A DNA stretch of 9,343 nucleotides from an uncultured Gammaproteobacteria bacterium (GCA_964617525.1 CAZTWG010000020.1:1-9343), one strand, 5' to 3'. Shown: positions 1-7,011, counted from the stretch's first letter. Translations and numbers: made by a program. The notes: generated by a model from the sequence alone, not told the origin.

Positions 1-641
1 AAAGCTTCAATGATTTCTTCGGGGCTGGTGACTAAGCGAGCACCCATTTTAATAAGATGATTGCATCCCTTAGAATTAAAGTCGTTAATGCGACCTGGGA
101 CCACAAAAACTTCCCTTCCCTGCTCAATAGCTGTTCGCGCAGTTATTAAAGCTCCCGATTTTTGAGGAGCGTCAATAACTAAGATTCCCAAACTTAAACC
201 CGAAATAATACGGTTACGAGCAGGAAAAGTTTTTTTTGTCGGACTAGTATTTGGAGAATATTCGCTTATAACTGCTCCGCCTGATTTGATAATTTCTTGA
301 GCTAGTTTTTGATGCGCAGGGGGATAAATGATATTTAAGCCAGAACCAAGAACTGCTATAGTGCGAGCATTTTTTTCTAAAGCAATGCGATGAGCTAACC
401 CATCAATTCCAAGAGCTAACCCACTTATAATCGTTACGCCTGCCTCAGCTAACACTTCCGTAAAAAAACGTGTTGCTTGTTGCCCATAGTTAGAAATTTT
501 ACGGGTTCCAACAATTGCTAAAGGATATTTTTCTTGTTTTTTTAAATTGCCTGAAATATAAAGTTTTTGGGGTGGGTCGTATATTTTTTTTAGTAATTTA
601 GGATAATTTTCGTTTTTAATTGTTATTGTTTGAATTGACAT
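1..641 (-). CDS. dprA: DNA processing/protecting protein DprA (Smf); first ~213 codons, with the C-terminus running off the left edge of the window
   Basis: Hand translation of the minus strand from ATG (complement of 639-641): MSIQTITIKNENYPKLLKKIYDPPQKLYISGNL..LAIVGTRKISNYGQQ..ISGLALGIDGLAHRIALE..TIAVLGSGLNIIYPPAHQKLAQEI..GGAVISEYSP..FPARNRIISGLSLGILVIDAPQKSGALITARTAIEQGREVFVVPGRIND..KGCNHLIKMGARLV. These match the hallmark DprA Rossmann-domain motifs (GLAxGID..AH, AVLGSG, FPxRNRIISGLS, SGALITA, GRxVFVVPG, GCNxLI). The frame stays open to position 1. Confidence 0.9.
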   Translation of the reverse strand, partial: MSIQTITIKNENYPKLLKKIYDPPQKLYISGNLKKQEKYPLAIVGTRKISNYGQQATRFFTEVLAEAGVTIISGLALGIDGLAHRIALEKNARTIAVLGSGLNIIYPPAHQKLAQEIIKSGGAVISEYSPNTSPTKKTFPARNRIISGLSLGILVIDAPQKSGALITARTAIEQGREVFVVPGRINDFNSKGCNHLIKMGARLVTSPEEIIEA

Positions 642-662
642 TTTATTATTTTATGTTATAAA
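635..662 (+). promoter_or_regulatory. Putative sigma70-type promoter for the 88-aa ORF: TTGACA (635-640), 16-nt spacer, TATAAA (657-662)
   Basis: The -35 hexamer is a perfect match and the -10 matches 5/6, at 16-nt spacing, about 25 nt upstream of the AAGGAGG SD. The -35 overlaps the dprA start codon on the other strand. AT-rich DNA produces -10-like hexamers by chance, so this is tentative. Confidence 0.4.
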
Positions 663-687
663 GATATAAAACAATAAGGAGGTTCTA

Positions 688-954
688 ATGAAAGACATAG
701 AAATCAGAAATGTATTCCGTAATGACTCTGGGAATGTTTTGAGGGTAGAAGTTTTGGCTGATTATCACATGGATTTCTCTTTCATATTAAGAAGAGGAGA
801 GATTGTCCAGGTTTCTGGAGGCCCAATCCATCCTAAAATTTACAAAAGGATGATGAAGCAAGTATACGCTATATTCCACTCTTCCTACAAGGATTCTATT
901 TTTAGCCAAGACGAACAACTTCTGTTATTCAATGAAGACCAACAACCCTTTTGA
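688..954 (+). CDS. Hypothetical small protein (88 aa); I recognise no family
   Basis: ORF-track entry. A perfect SD, AAGGAGG (676-682), lies 5 nt before the ATG. It has its own putative promoter and a strong intrinsic terminator directly downstream. The sequence suggests a beta-rich N-terminal half, then a basic helix (PKIYKRMMKQVYAIFH), then an acidic/polar tail SQDEQLLLFNEDQQPF. Confidence 0.75.
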   Translation: MKDIEIRNVFRNDSGNVLRVEVLADYHMDFSFILRRGEIVQVSGGPIHPKIYKRMMKQVYAIFHSSYKDSIFSQDEQLLLFNEDQQPF

Positions 955-969
955 AATTTTAGTAATCCA

Positions 970-1009
970 CGCTCTGAAACTGAAAATTTTCAGGGCGTTT
1001 TCTTTTTTT
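970..1009 (+). terminator. Rho-independent terminator after the 88-aa ORF
   Basis: A 10-bp stem pairs CGCTCTGAAA (970-979) with TTTCAGGGCG (988-997), including one G-U wobble, around an 8-nt loop. The tract TTTTCTTTTTTT (998-1009) follows. Confidence 0.8.
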
Positions 1010-1033
1010 GATAGTTAGGGTACAATAAAAGGT

Positions 1034-2110
1034 ATGATTAAAGTAATTTTAAGCGGTGGGGGAACGGGTGGTCCCGTAGGTCCTCTATTGGCTATAGCAG
1101 AAGAAATTAAAAAAATAAAACCAGAGACAAATTTTTTATTTATAGGCACCAAAAGGGGAGTTCCAGAAAAAGCTATGATTAAACCCTTCCCATATATTAA
1201 ATACCAATCAATTTCTTCTGGCAAGTTAAGAAGGTATTTTTCTCTACATAATCTGACAGATTTATTTTTAATTTTAAAAGGTTTCGTTCAGTCTTTTTTT
1301 GTTATTTTAAGGTTTAAACCAAAAGCAGTATTGTCAGCTGGATCCTTTGTCTCGGTCCCTTTGGCTTGGGCAGCATGGATGTTAAGAATACCAGTTTTTA
1401 TTCATCAACAAGACATTCGTCCTGGCCTTGCAAATAAACTAATGGCTAAGATTAGCAAAAAAATTACTATTAGCTTTAAAAAGTCTTTTAAGAATTTTCC
1501 ATCTAACAAAACAGTTTTGACGGGAAACCCAGTCTCTCCTAAGATTTTAACAGGGGACAGAGAAAAAGCAATCAAAAGATTTAAGTTGAAATCAGGTTGT
1601 CCCTGCTTGTTGGTCATGGGTGGAGGAACTGGAGCTTTAGAAATTAACCAAGCTATAGAAAAAATAATTCCTGATTTAGTTAAGTTTTGTCAAATTGTTC
1701 ATTTAACTGGTCTTCAGAAAAAATCAAGAGAATATATCCATAGTCAGTATCATCAAGTTGAATTTTTAAGCCAAGAGAATTTGGCAGATATTTATATGCG
1801 CGCGGATTTAGTTATTTCCAGGGCTGGTTTAGGGTCCCTTACCGAGCTAAGTATTCTGAAGAAACCTGCTATTATTATACCTATCCCTGGCTCACATCAG
1901 GAGCTTAATGCTAACTATTTTGCCGAACAAAAAGCAATTGTTTTGTTAGAGGGTGAAAAAATAAATTCTCAAAAATTGTTAAATAAAATTAAAGAATTGA
2001 TTTTAGATGATAAGCAAAGAGCATTGCTGAGTTTAAACATCTCTAAACTGACCAGCATTGATGCTAGCAAGGTGATTGCTAAGATTATTTTAGATAATAT
2101 TGGCACTTAG
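1034..2110 (+). CDS. murG: UDP-N-acetylglucosamine--N-acetylmuramyl-(pentapeptide) pyrophosphoryl-undecaprenol GlcNAc transferase (MurG, GT28)
   Basis: 358 aa. It has the N-terminal G-loop ILSGGGTGGPVGPLLAIAEE, a second glycine motif LVMGGGTGALEIN, and the C-terminal block ADLVISRAGLGSLTELSILKKPAIIIPIPGSHQELNANYF, which matches the MurG pattern (xSRAGAxTxxE..G.PxIxIP....HQxxNA). Length is typical for MurG. Confidence 0.85.
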   Translation: MIKVILSGGGTGGPVGPLLAIAEEIKKIKPETNFLFIGTKRGVPEKAMIKPFPYIKYQSISSGKLRRYFSLHNLTDLFLILKGFVQSFFVILRFKPKAVLSAGSFVSVPLAWAAWMLRIPVFIHQQDIRPGLANKLMAKISKKITISFKKSFKNFPSNKTVLTGNPVSPKILTGDREKAIKRFKLKSGCPCLLVMGGGTGALEINQAIEKIIPDLVKFCQIVHLTGLQKKSREYIHSQYHQVEFLSQENLADIYMRADLVISRAGLGSLTELSILKKPAIIIPIPGSHQELNANYFAEQKAIVLLEGEKINSQKLLNKIKELILDDKQRALLSLNISKLTSIDASKVIAKIILDNIGT

Positions 2111-2126
2111 ACTTGACGACTGCTAA
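2100..2126 (+). promoter_or_regulatory. CIRCE-like inverted repeat (putative HrcA operator): TTGGCACTT-N9-GACTGCTAA
   Basis: It matches the CIRCE consensus TTAGCACTC-N9-GAGTGCTAA at 15 of 18 positions with the exact 9-nt spacer. It overlaps the murG stop codon (2108-2110), lies upstream of hrcA, and overlaps the -35 of the promoter below. Internal dyad symmetry is only 6/9. Confidence 0.6.
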
Positions 2127-2141
2127 CCTTTTGTTTATAAT
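2113..2141 (+). promoter_or_regulatory. Putative sigma70-type promoter of the hrcA-grpE-dnaK operon: TTGACG (2113-2118), 17-nt spacer, TATAAT (2136-2141)
   Basis: The -35 matches 5/6 and the -10 matches 6/6 at optimal 17-nt spacing. It sits inside or overlaps the CIRCE-like element and implies a leader of about 170 nt before the hrcA ATG. Confidence 0.5.
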
Positions 2142-2187
2142 TAAAAGGTAAATTCTAAATTTTAAAAACCATAAACTCTAATGGATT

Positions 2188-2206
2188 AATTGTTAATTGC
2201 CAATCG
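2188..2206 (+). repeat. Degenerate heptad repeat copy C (AATTGTTAATTGCCAATCG), same orientation as copy B
   Basis: It matches copy B (AATTGTTGATTGCTGATTG, 7080-7098) at 15/19 positions. ATTG recurs with 7-nt period. It is inverted relative to copy A, which lies 13 nt downstream. Confidence 0.5.
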
Positions 2207-2219
2207 CTTGTGGGGTTTT

Positions 2220-2240
2220 AACAATCAGCAATCAGCAATT
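2220..2240 (+). repeat. Heptad repeat copy A: AACAATCAGCAATCAGCAATT, i.e. (CAATCAG)x2 + CAAT
   Basis: A tandem 7-nt periodicity is read directly from the sequence. The reverse complement of 7080-7100 is AACAATCAGCAATCAACAATT, identical at 20/21 positions. Confidence 0.85.
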
Positions 2241-2317
2241 CTCATTTTATTCATTTGATATTCATTGTTTAATATCCTGATTCCCCAATCCCCAAGTCCC
2301 TAATTAACAATTCGTTT

Positions 2318-3037
2318 ATGACAAAAAGACAAGAAGAAATATTTAAAATTATTTTAGAAAAATATGTCCAAACCGCCCAAGCGGTTAGCTCAGAATATCT
2401 ATCCACTAAATTAGAACCCAAGGTTAGCTCTGCCACTGTTAGGGCGGAAATGGCTAGTTTGTCCAATCAAGGTTATTTGTGGCAAGAACATGCCTCTGCA
2501 GGCAGGACCCCAACACTTAAGGGCTTTCGTTATTTCGTCTCTAATCTTCTCCCAAAAGCAGAAATGGCAGTTAAGTCAGAAAAAAAGAAATTAGAAAAGA
2601 TTAAACCTGATAATTTTGGCCAATTGACTTTAGCTAAGGAATTGATTAAAAAGGTTGCTTCCCTAAGCGGGGAATTGGGTATTCTTAAATTTGACGATAA
2701 TGCTTTTTATTATACAGGCTTTGCACGTCTTTTTGATCAGCCAGAATTTCAAAATACATTAATTTTACAAGAGTTTTCGCAAATTTTTGATGACCTGGAT
2801 GCTACTATATCAAATATTTTTGACTCTATTGGCAGAGAAACTCGGATATTAATGGGAGATGAAAATCTTTTCGGTGGTTCTTGTAGCGCTATTTTGACTC
2901 GTTGTAATTTGCCAGGAAGTGAGAGTTGTGGATTGATAGGAATTTTGGGACCAATTAGAATGAATTATAATAGAAACTTAGCTCTTATTGAGAGTGTTAA
3001 GGAAATAATAAATGAAGAATTAATTTTTGAAGATTAA
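2318..3037 (+). CDS. hrcA: Heat-inducible transcription repressor HrcA (short form, 239 aa)
   Basis: The N-terminus MTKRQEEIFKIILEKYVQTAQAVSSEYLS..VSSATVRAEMASLSNQGYLWQEHASAGRTPTLKGFRYFV matches the HrcA winged-helix signature (RQ..IL..IV..Y..PV.S..L..SSATIRNEM..LE..G.L...HTSSGR.PT..GYR.YV). It sits immediately upstream of grpE-dnaK. It is about 100 aa shorter than typical HrcA proteins. Confidence 0.85.
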   Translation: MTKRQEEIFKIILEKYVQTAQAVSSEYLSTKLEPKVSSATVRAEMASLSNQGYLWQEHASAGRTPTLKGFRYFVSNLLPKAEMAVKSEKKKLEKIKPDNFGQLTLAKELIKKVASLSGELGILKFDDNAFYYTGFARLFDQPEFQNTLILQEFSQIFDDLDATISNIFDSIGRETRILMGDENLFGGSCSAILTRCNLPGSESCGLIGILGPIRMNYNRNLALIESVKEIINEELIFED

Positions 3038-3043
3038 GTTTAT

Positions 3044-3514
3044 ATGCCTGAAAAAGAAATAAAAAAGTTAAAAAAGAGTTTAGAGAAAGAACGTGCTCTA
3101 GCCCAAGAGTATTTAAGGGGTTGGCAACGCGCTAAAGCCGATTATATTAATCGGGAAAGAAAAATTGAAAAAGAAAAAGAATCTTGGATTAAATTTTCTA
3201 ATTCTAAATTAATCTTAGATTTTTTACATCTTTTAGACGGCTTTAATCAGTGTTTAAAGCATATTCCCAAAGAATCAGAAGGCGAGAAATGGGTCCAAGG
3301 GGTTATTCAAATCAAAAGACAATTTGAAACTTTTTTAAAAGCTCAAGGAGTAGAGAGAATAAAAACAGTTGGAGAGCCTTTTGACCATAATTGTCATGAA
3401 GCAGTAGACAGGATTCCGTCTAAAGATTTTAAAAATATAGTAGACAGCGAAATACAAGCTGGCTATAAGATGGGAGGGCATGTTATTCGCGTAGCAAAAG
3501 TAATTATTAAGTAA
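3044..3514 (+). CDS. grpE: Nucleotide exchange factor GrpE (156 aa)
   Basis: An N-terminal coiled-coil region ([24 protein letters not shown]) corresponds to the GrpE R..AEFxNxRKR motif. The C-terminal beta domain reads [12 protein letters not shown]...[21 protein letters not shown], matching FDPxxHEA...GY......RPAxVxV. There is a 6-nt gap after hrcA and a 17-nt gap before dnaK. Confidence 0.9.
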   Translation: MPEKEIKKLKKSLEKERALAQEYLRGWQRAKADYINRERKIEKEKESWIKFSNSKLILDFLHLLDGFNQCLKHIPKESEGEKWVQGVIQIKRQFETFLKAQGVERIKTVGEPFDHNCHEAVDRIPSKDFKNIVDSEIQAGYKMGGHVIRVAKVIIK

Positions 3515-3531
3515 TATTAAAAAATAAAATT

Positions 3532-5424
3532 ATGAGTAAAATTATTGGTATTGATTTAGGAACATCTAATTCAGCCGCTGCTTATATGGAAGCAGGTAAA
3601 TCTAAAATGATTCCATCAGCTGAAGGAACTACAATGGTTGGTGGAAAAGCTTTTCCATCTTGTGTTGCTTTTACTAAAGATGGACAGTTATTAGTTGGCG
3701 AACCAGCTCGTCGTCAAGCAGTTGCTAATCCGGAGGGAACAGTATTTTCTGCTAAAAGAAAAATGGGGACTGACTATAAGTATAAAATTTTTGACAAAGA
3801 ATATACCCCTCAACAAATCTCAGCTTTTATTCTTCAAAAAATAAAGAAAGATTCGGAGTTGTATCTTGGAGACAAGGTTGAAAAGGCAGTTATTACTGTT
3901 CCAGCATATTTTAACGATGCTCAACGTCAGGCGACTAAAGATGCAGGAGCTATTGCTGGTTTAGAGGTGATTCGTTTAGTTAATGAACCTACCGCAGCTT
4001 CTTTTGCTTATGGACTAGATAAATCAAAAGGACATGAGCAACAGGTTCTTGTTTTTGATATGGGGGCTGGAACGCTTGACGTAACTATTATGAATTTTGG
4101 AGAAGGAGTGTTTGAGGTTATTTCTACGTCAGGTGATACTAAATTAGGCGGAACAGATATGGACGAAGTTTTGGTTAATGATATTGTTAGTTCCTTTAAA
4201 AAGGAACAAGGGATCGATCTTTTGGCTGACAAAATGGCTATGCAAAGGATTAGAGAGGCGGCAGAAAAGGCAAAGATTGAGCTTTCTTCTACCCTAGAAA
4301 CAGAAATTAATTTACCTTTTATTACCGCAGACAAACAAGGGCCTAAGCATATGTTAACAAAGATTACTCGAGCCAAGATTGAAGAATTGGTAAAACCTAT
4401 TGTAGAACGTTGTCGCCAATCTATTGAGCAGGCGATGAAAGATGCTAAACTAAATCCAGCAAGCGTAGAAAAGGTTGTTTTAGTGGGAGGTCCTACTAGA
4501 ATGCCTATTGTCCAGAAGTTTATTGAGAATATTTTTGGCGATAAGCTTGCTCGTGGAGTGGACCCTATGGAATGTGTGGCTATGGGCGCGGCCATCCAGG
4601 CTGCTATTTTGGGAGGAGATGAAGAAGTTAAAGATGTTTTGCTTCTAGATGTCACGCCATTAACATTAGGCATTGAAACATTGGGAGGAGTGATGACTCC
4701 ACTTATTGAAAGAAATACTACTATCCCTGCCGAGAAATCTCAAATTTTTTCTACGGCTGCTAACAATCAAACTTCAGTAGAAATACATGCGTTGCAAGGA
4801 GAGAGACCAATGGCTTCGGCTAATCGCACATTAGGTCGCTTTATTTTAGATGGCATTCCTCCTTCACCTAGAGGTGTTCCTCAAATAGAAGTTAAATTTG
4901 ATATTGACGCTAGTGGCATTTTAACTATCAGCGCCAAAGATAAGGCTACTAATAAAGAGCAACATATTACTATTAAAGATTCTTCCGCGCTTTCTAAAGA
5001 AGAGATTGAAAAGATGAAGAAAGAAGCAGAAAAATTTGCTACTGAGGATCGCAAAGAAAAAGAAATGATTGACGCTAGAAATAAAGCTGATAATTTGATT
5101 TATACTTGTGAAAAAACCATTAAAGATGCTGGCGACAAAATAAAACCAGAATCTAAGAAAGAGGTTGAAGAAAAGATTGAGGGACTTAAGAAAGTTAAGG
5201 ATGGACAAGATTCGGAAGCTTTAAAAAAAGCTAGTCAAGAATTAGAAGATACTATTCAGAAAATTGGAGCAGCTATGTATCAAGAATCTAAAGCCAATGT
5301 TGGTCCTGACCAATCAGCGCCTTCTGGACAAAAAGAAAGTGACTCAAAAGAAAAAGATAGTTCAAAGGAAAATAAAAACGAAGAGCCAATTGAGGGAGAA
5401 TTTGAAGAAGAACCTAAAAAATAA
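3532..5424 (+). CDS. dnaK: Molecular chaperone DnaK (Hsp70), 630 aa
   Basis: Canonical Hsp70 signatures are present: [60 protein letters not shown] and [14 protein letters not shown]. It also has the substrate-binding domain [14 protein letters not shown] and an acidic C-terminal tail [10 protein letters not shown]. Confidence 0.98.
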   Translation: MSKIIGIDLGTSNSAAAYMEAGKSKMIPSAEGTTMVGGKAFPSCVAFTKDGQLLVGEPARRQAVANPEGTVFSAKRKMGTDYKYKIFDKEYTPQQISAFILQKIKKDSELYLGDKVEKAVITVPAYFNDAQRQATKDAGAIAGLEVIRLVNEPTAASFAYGLDKSKGHEQQVLVFDMGAGTLDVTIMNFGEGVFEVISTSGDTKLGGTDMDEVLVNDIVSSFKKEQGIDLLADKMAMQRIREAAEKAKIELSSTLETEINLPFITADKQGPKHMLTKITRAKIEELVKPIVERCRQSIEQAMKDAKLNPASVEKVVLVGGPTRMPIVQKFIENIFGDKLARGVDPMECVAMGAAIQAAILGGDEEVKDVLLLDVTPLTLGIETLGGVMTPLIERNTTIPAEKSQIFSTAANNQTSVEIHALQGERPMASANRTLGRFILDGIPPSPRGVPQIEVKFDIDASGILTISAKDKATNKEQHITIKDSSALSKEEIEKMKKEAEKFATEDRKEKEMIDARNKADNLIYTCEKTIKDAGDKIKPESKKEVEEKIEGLKKVKDGQDSEALKKASQELEDTIQKIGAAMYQESKANVGPDQSAPSGQKESDSKEKDSSKENKNEEPIEGEFEEEPKK

Positions 5425-5444
5425 ATAGAACAATTGGAGATATT

Positions 5445-6251
5445 ATGAAATCTGTATCGCTTAAGTATTTTATATTTTCTTCTTTGATTTTATTAATATT
5501 TATCCTATTTTTCGGGAATTTGTCTTTATTCTTTATTTATCCTAGTTTAATTTATTTAGGACGATTAGGGATTATATATTTAATATCTCTTACTTTCATT
5601 TCTCTGTTTTTCTTCTTGATGGATAATCGCTATTTTGTTTACCTTACCCTTCTGTTGTCAGCTTTTTCTTTTCTAATTTTTTTCAGTTTTAGTAAAATTT
5701 ATTTTCTAACCGGTTCTTTGGTTTTATTGTTGTGGATTATAGGGTATGAATATTCGCGTCGCGATAGAGAAGAAAGAACTAAATTATCACTAGGGAAATC
5801 TTGTTTTAAGGGGTTATCATTTGTGATTTTGGCTATATCTTTATTGTTGGCCGTAATATATTATTTTAACCCATTATTAACCATAAATCAGCAAATTTTA
5901 GAAATTCCTCCAGAAACCTTTAAACCATTGGTTGGTTTGTTAAATGAAGTTTTTCTGAATTCTTCGCCAGTAGATTTAAGCCAAACAGGGTTAATTGGTT
6001 TAGAAAACCAAGGAATTGAAGTTGAATTAGCTCGAAGCGTTAATAAAACTTTGGGAGAATTTATAGGGCCATATTCTCGAGAGATTTCTATAGGACTAGC
6101 TGTAGCTCTATTTTTAGTTTTAAGAGTTGCAGGGACAATTTTAAGGGTAATAGCAATTATTCTAGCAAGAATTATATTCCATATCTTGCTTATCTGTAAA
6201 ATAATTAAAATTAATTCTAAAATGAAACGAAGCGAATTTATAAAATTTTAG
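5445..6251 (+). CDS. Hypothetical polytopic membrane protein (268 aa), fourth gene of the hrcA-grpE-dnaK operon
   Basis: ORF-track entry. SD GGAG (5436-5439) lies 5 nt before the ATG, and the gene starts 20 nt after the dnaK stop. By eye there are about 7-8 hydrophobic segments, a charged loop (EYSRRDREERTK), and a soluble loop of about 70 aa (NPLLTINQQILEIPPETFKPLVGLLNEVF...GEFIGPYSREIS). There is no J-domain HPD motif, and I recognise no family. Confidence 0.7.
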   Translation: MKSVSLKYFIFSSLILLIFILFFGNLSLFFIYPSLIYLGRLGIIYLISLTFISLFFFLMDNRYFVYLTLLLSAFSFLIFFSFSKIYFLTGSLVLLLWIIGYEYSRRDREERTKLSLGKSCFKGLSFVILAISLLLAVIYYFNPLLTINQQILEIPPETFKPLVGLLNEVFLNSSPVDLSQTGLIGLENQGIEVELARSVNKTLGEFIGPYSREISIGLAVALFLVLRVAGTILRVIAIILARIIFHILLICKIIKINSKMKRSEFIKF

Positions 6252-6270
6252 AAAATATTTGATTAAACTA

Positions 6271-6301
6271 AAAAGTTTGGACATAGAGTGTCCAAACTTT
6301 T
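6271..6301 (+). terminator. Rho-independent (bidirectional-type) terminator closing the chaperone operon
   Basis: A perfect 13-bp stem pairs AAAAGTTTGGACA (6271-6283) with TGTCCAAACTTTT (6289-6301) around a 5-nt loop, TAGAG. The A-tract 5' arm and T-tract 3' arm give a U-tail in either direction. Confidence 0.8.
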
Positions 6302-6384
6302 GGTTATAAAGGGTTGCTCATTTTTTTTATTTTGTTAAGATTAAAACTATCATATAGATAATTAATTAATATTATATTTATTTT

Positions 6385-7011
6385 ATGCCTACCAAGAAAG
6401 TATTGAAGAAAAAGAAATCACCTTCAGTTAAAAAAACGAAAAAGAAAATAGTTAAAAAACCAACCAAAAAGGTTGTGAAGAAACATATTAAAAAAATAGT
6501 TAAGAAAAAGGCAACTGCCGGTAAGGTTGTTAAGTCTGTTATTCCTAAAGAAAAGACAATCTCTGCTAAAACAGTTAATCCTCTTGTTAAGGCAAAAACT
6601 CAAATTAAAACTGCAGGGGGAAATATGGTCATATGGGCAACTGGTAAAAGAAAGACAGCTATTGCTCGCGTAAAATTTTCTACTGGTGGTTCAGGGGAAA
6701 TTTGGATTAACAAAAAACCTCTGGCATCTTGTTCCTTAGTCCCTGATTTAAGAAAGATTATACTAGAACCCTTAGTCTTGTTAAAGAGAGAGAAGGATTT
6801 TTTAATTAAAGTTAATATCAAAGGCGGAGGCACAAAAAGTCAGGCTGAGGCTATTCGTTTAGGGATCGCTCGCGCTTTAGTTATTCTTAACCCTGAATGG
6901 AGAAAAGAACTAAAATCAGAAGGTTTTCTTTGTAGAGATCCACGCAAGAAAGAAAGAAAGAAGCCTGGTCTAAAGAGGGCGCGTCGCGCACCACAATGGT
7001 CCAAAAGATAG
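6385..7011 (+). CDS. rpsI: 30S ribosomal protein S9 with an 80-residue Lys-rich N-terminal extension (208 aa as drawn; the canonical 128-aa core starts at Met81, nt 6625)
   Basis: The C-terminal 128 aa read [19 protein letters not shown]...[19 protein letters not shown]...[33 protein letters not shown], matching the S9 signature (GRRK.A.ARV, GGG..GQA.A.R.GI.RAL, L.RD.R..ERKK.G...AR...Q.SKR). The upstream 80 codons stay in frame with no stop. Confidence 0.9.
   Translation: MPTKKVLKKKKSPSVKKTKKKIVKKPTKKVVKKHIKKIVKKKATAGKVVKSVIPKEKTISAKTVNPLVKAKTQIKTAGGNMVIWATGKRKTAIARVKFSTGGSGEIWINKKPLASCSLVPDLRKIILEPLVLLKREKDFLIKVNIKGGGTKSQAEAIRLGIARALVILNPEWRKELKSEGFLCRDPRKKERKKPGLKRARRAPQWSKR

Noticed and set aside
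1015-1617. Antisense ORFs of 69 aa (1015-1224) and 70 aa (1405-1617) inside murG
   Set aside because: They are embedded opposite a confidently called CDS, show no translation signals and match no recognisable family. They are shadow ORFs.
2126-2149. AT-rich hairpin ACCTTTT-N10-AAAAGGT as a possible murG terminator
   Set aside because: The stem is only 7 bp and mostly A/U, with no directly following T-tract, and the loop contains the TATAAT -10 box. It is ambiguous between a weak terminator and coincidental symmetry, so it is not called.
2282-2295. (TCCCCAA)x2, which resembles the ciliate C4A2 telomeric repeat
   Set aside because: There are only two units, inside a bacterial 5' leader, so the resemblance is a coincidence of a short motif. 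It is considered only for possible pairing with the upstream GGGG run.
2269-2466. 65-aa minus-strand ORF overlapping the hrcA start region
   Set aside because: It overlaps the conserved HrcA winged-helix coding region in antisense, has no SD, and its start would sit within hrcA. It is a shadow ORF.
4008-4673. 221-aa ORF antisense to dnaK; also the 95-aa antisense ORF at 4921-5208
   Set aside because: Both lie entirely inside the highly conserved dnaK CDS on the opposite strand. Their composition is Ser/Pro/Thr/Ile-rich and low-complexity, typical of shadow frames, and they have no SD or promoter. They are shadow ORFs.
6332-6360. Possible rpsI promoter (TTGTTA ... TAGATA/TATAGA)
   Set aside because: The -10 candidates match the consensus at only about 3-4 of 6 positions and the spacing is ambiguous (15-17 nt). 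In AT-rich DNA this cannot be told apart from background.
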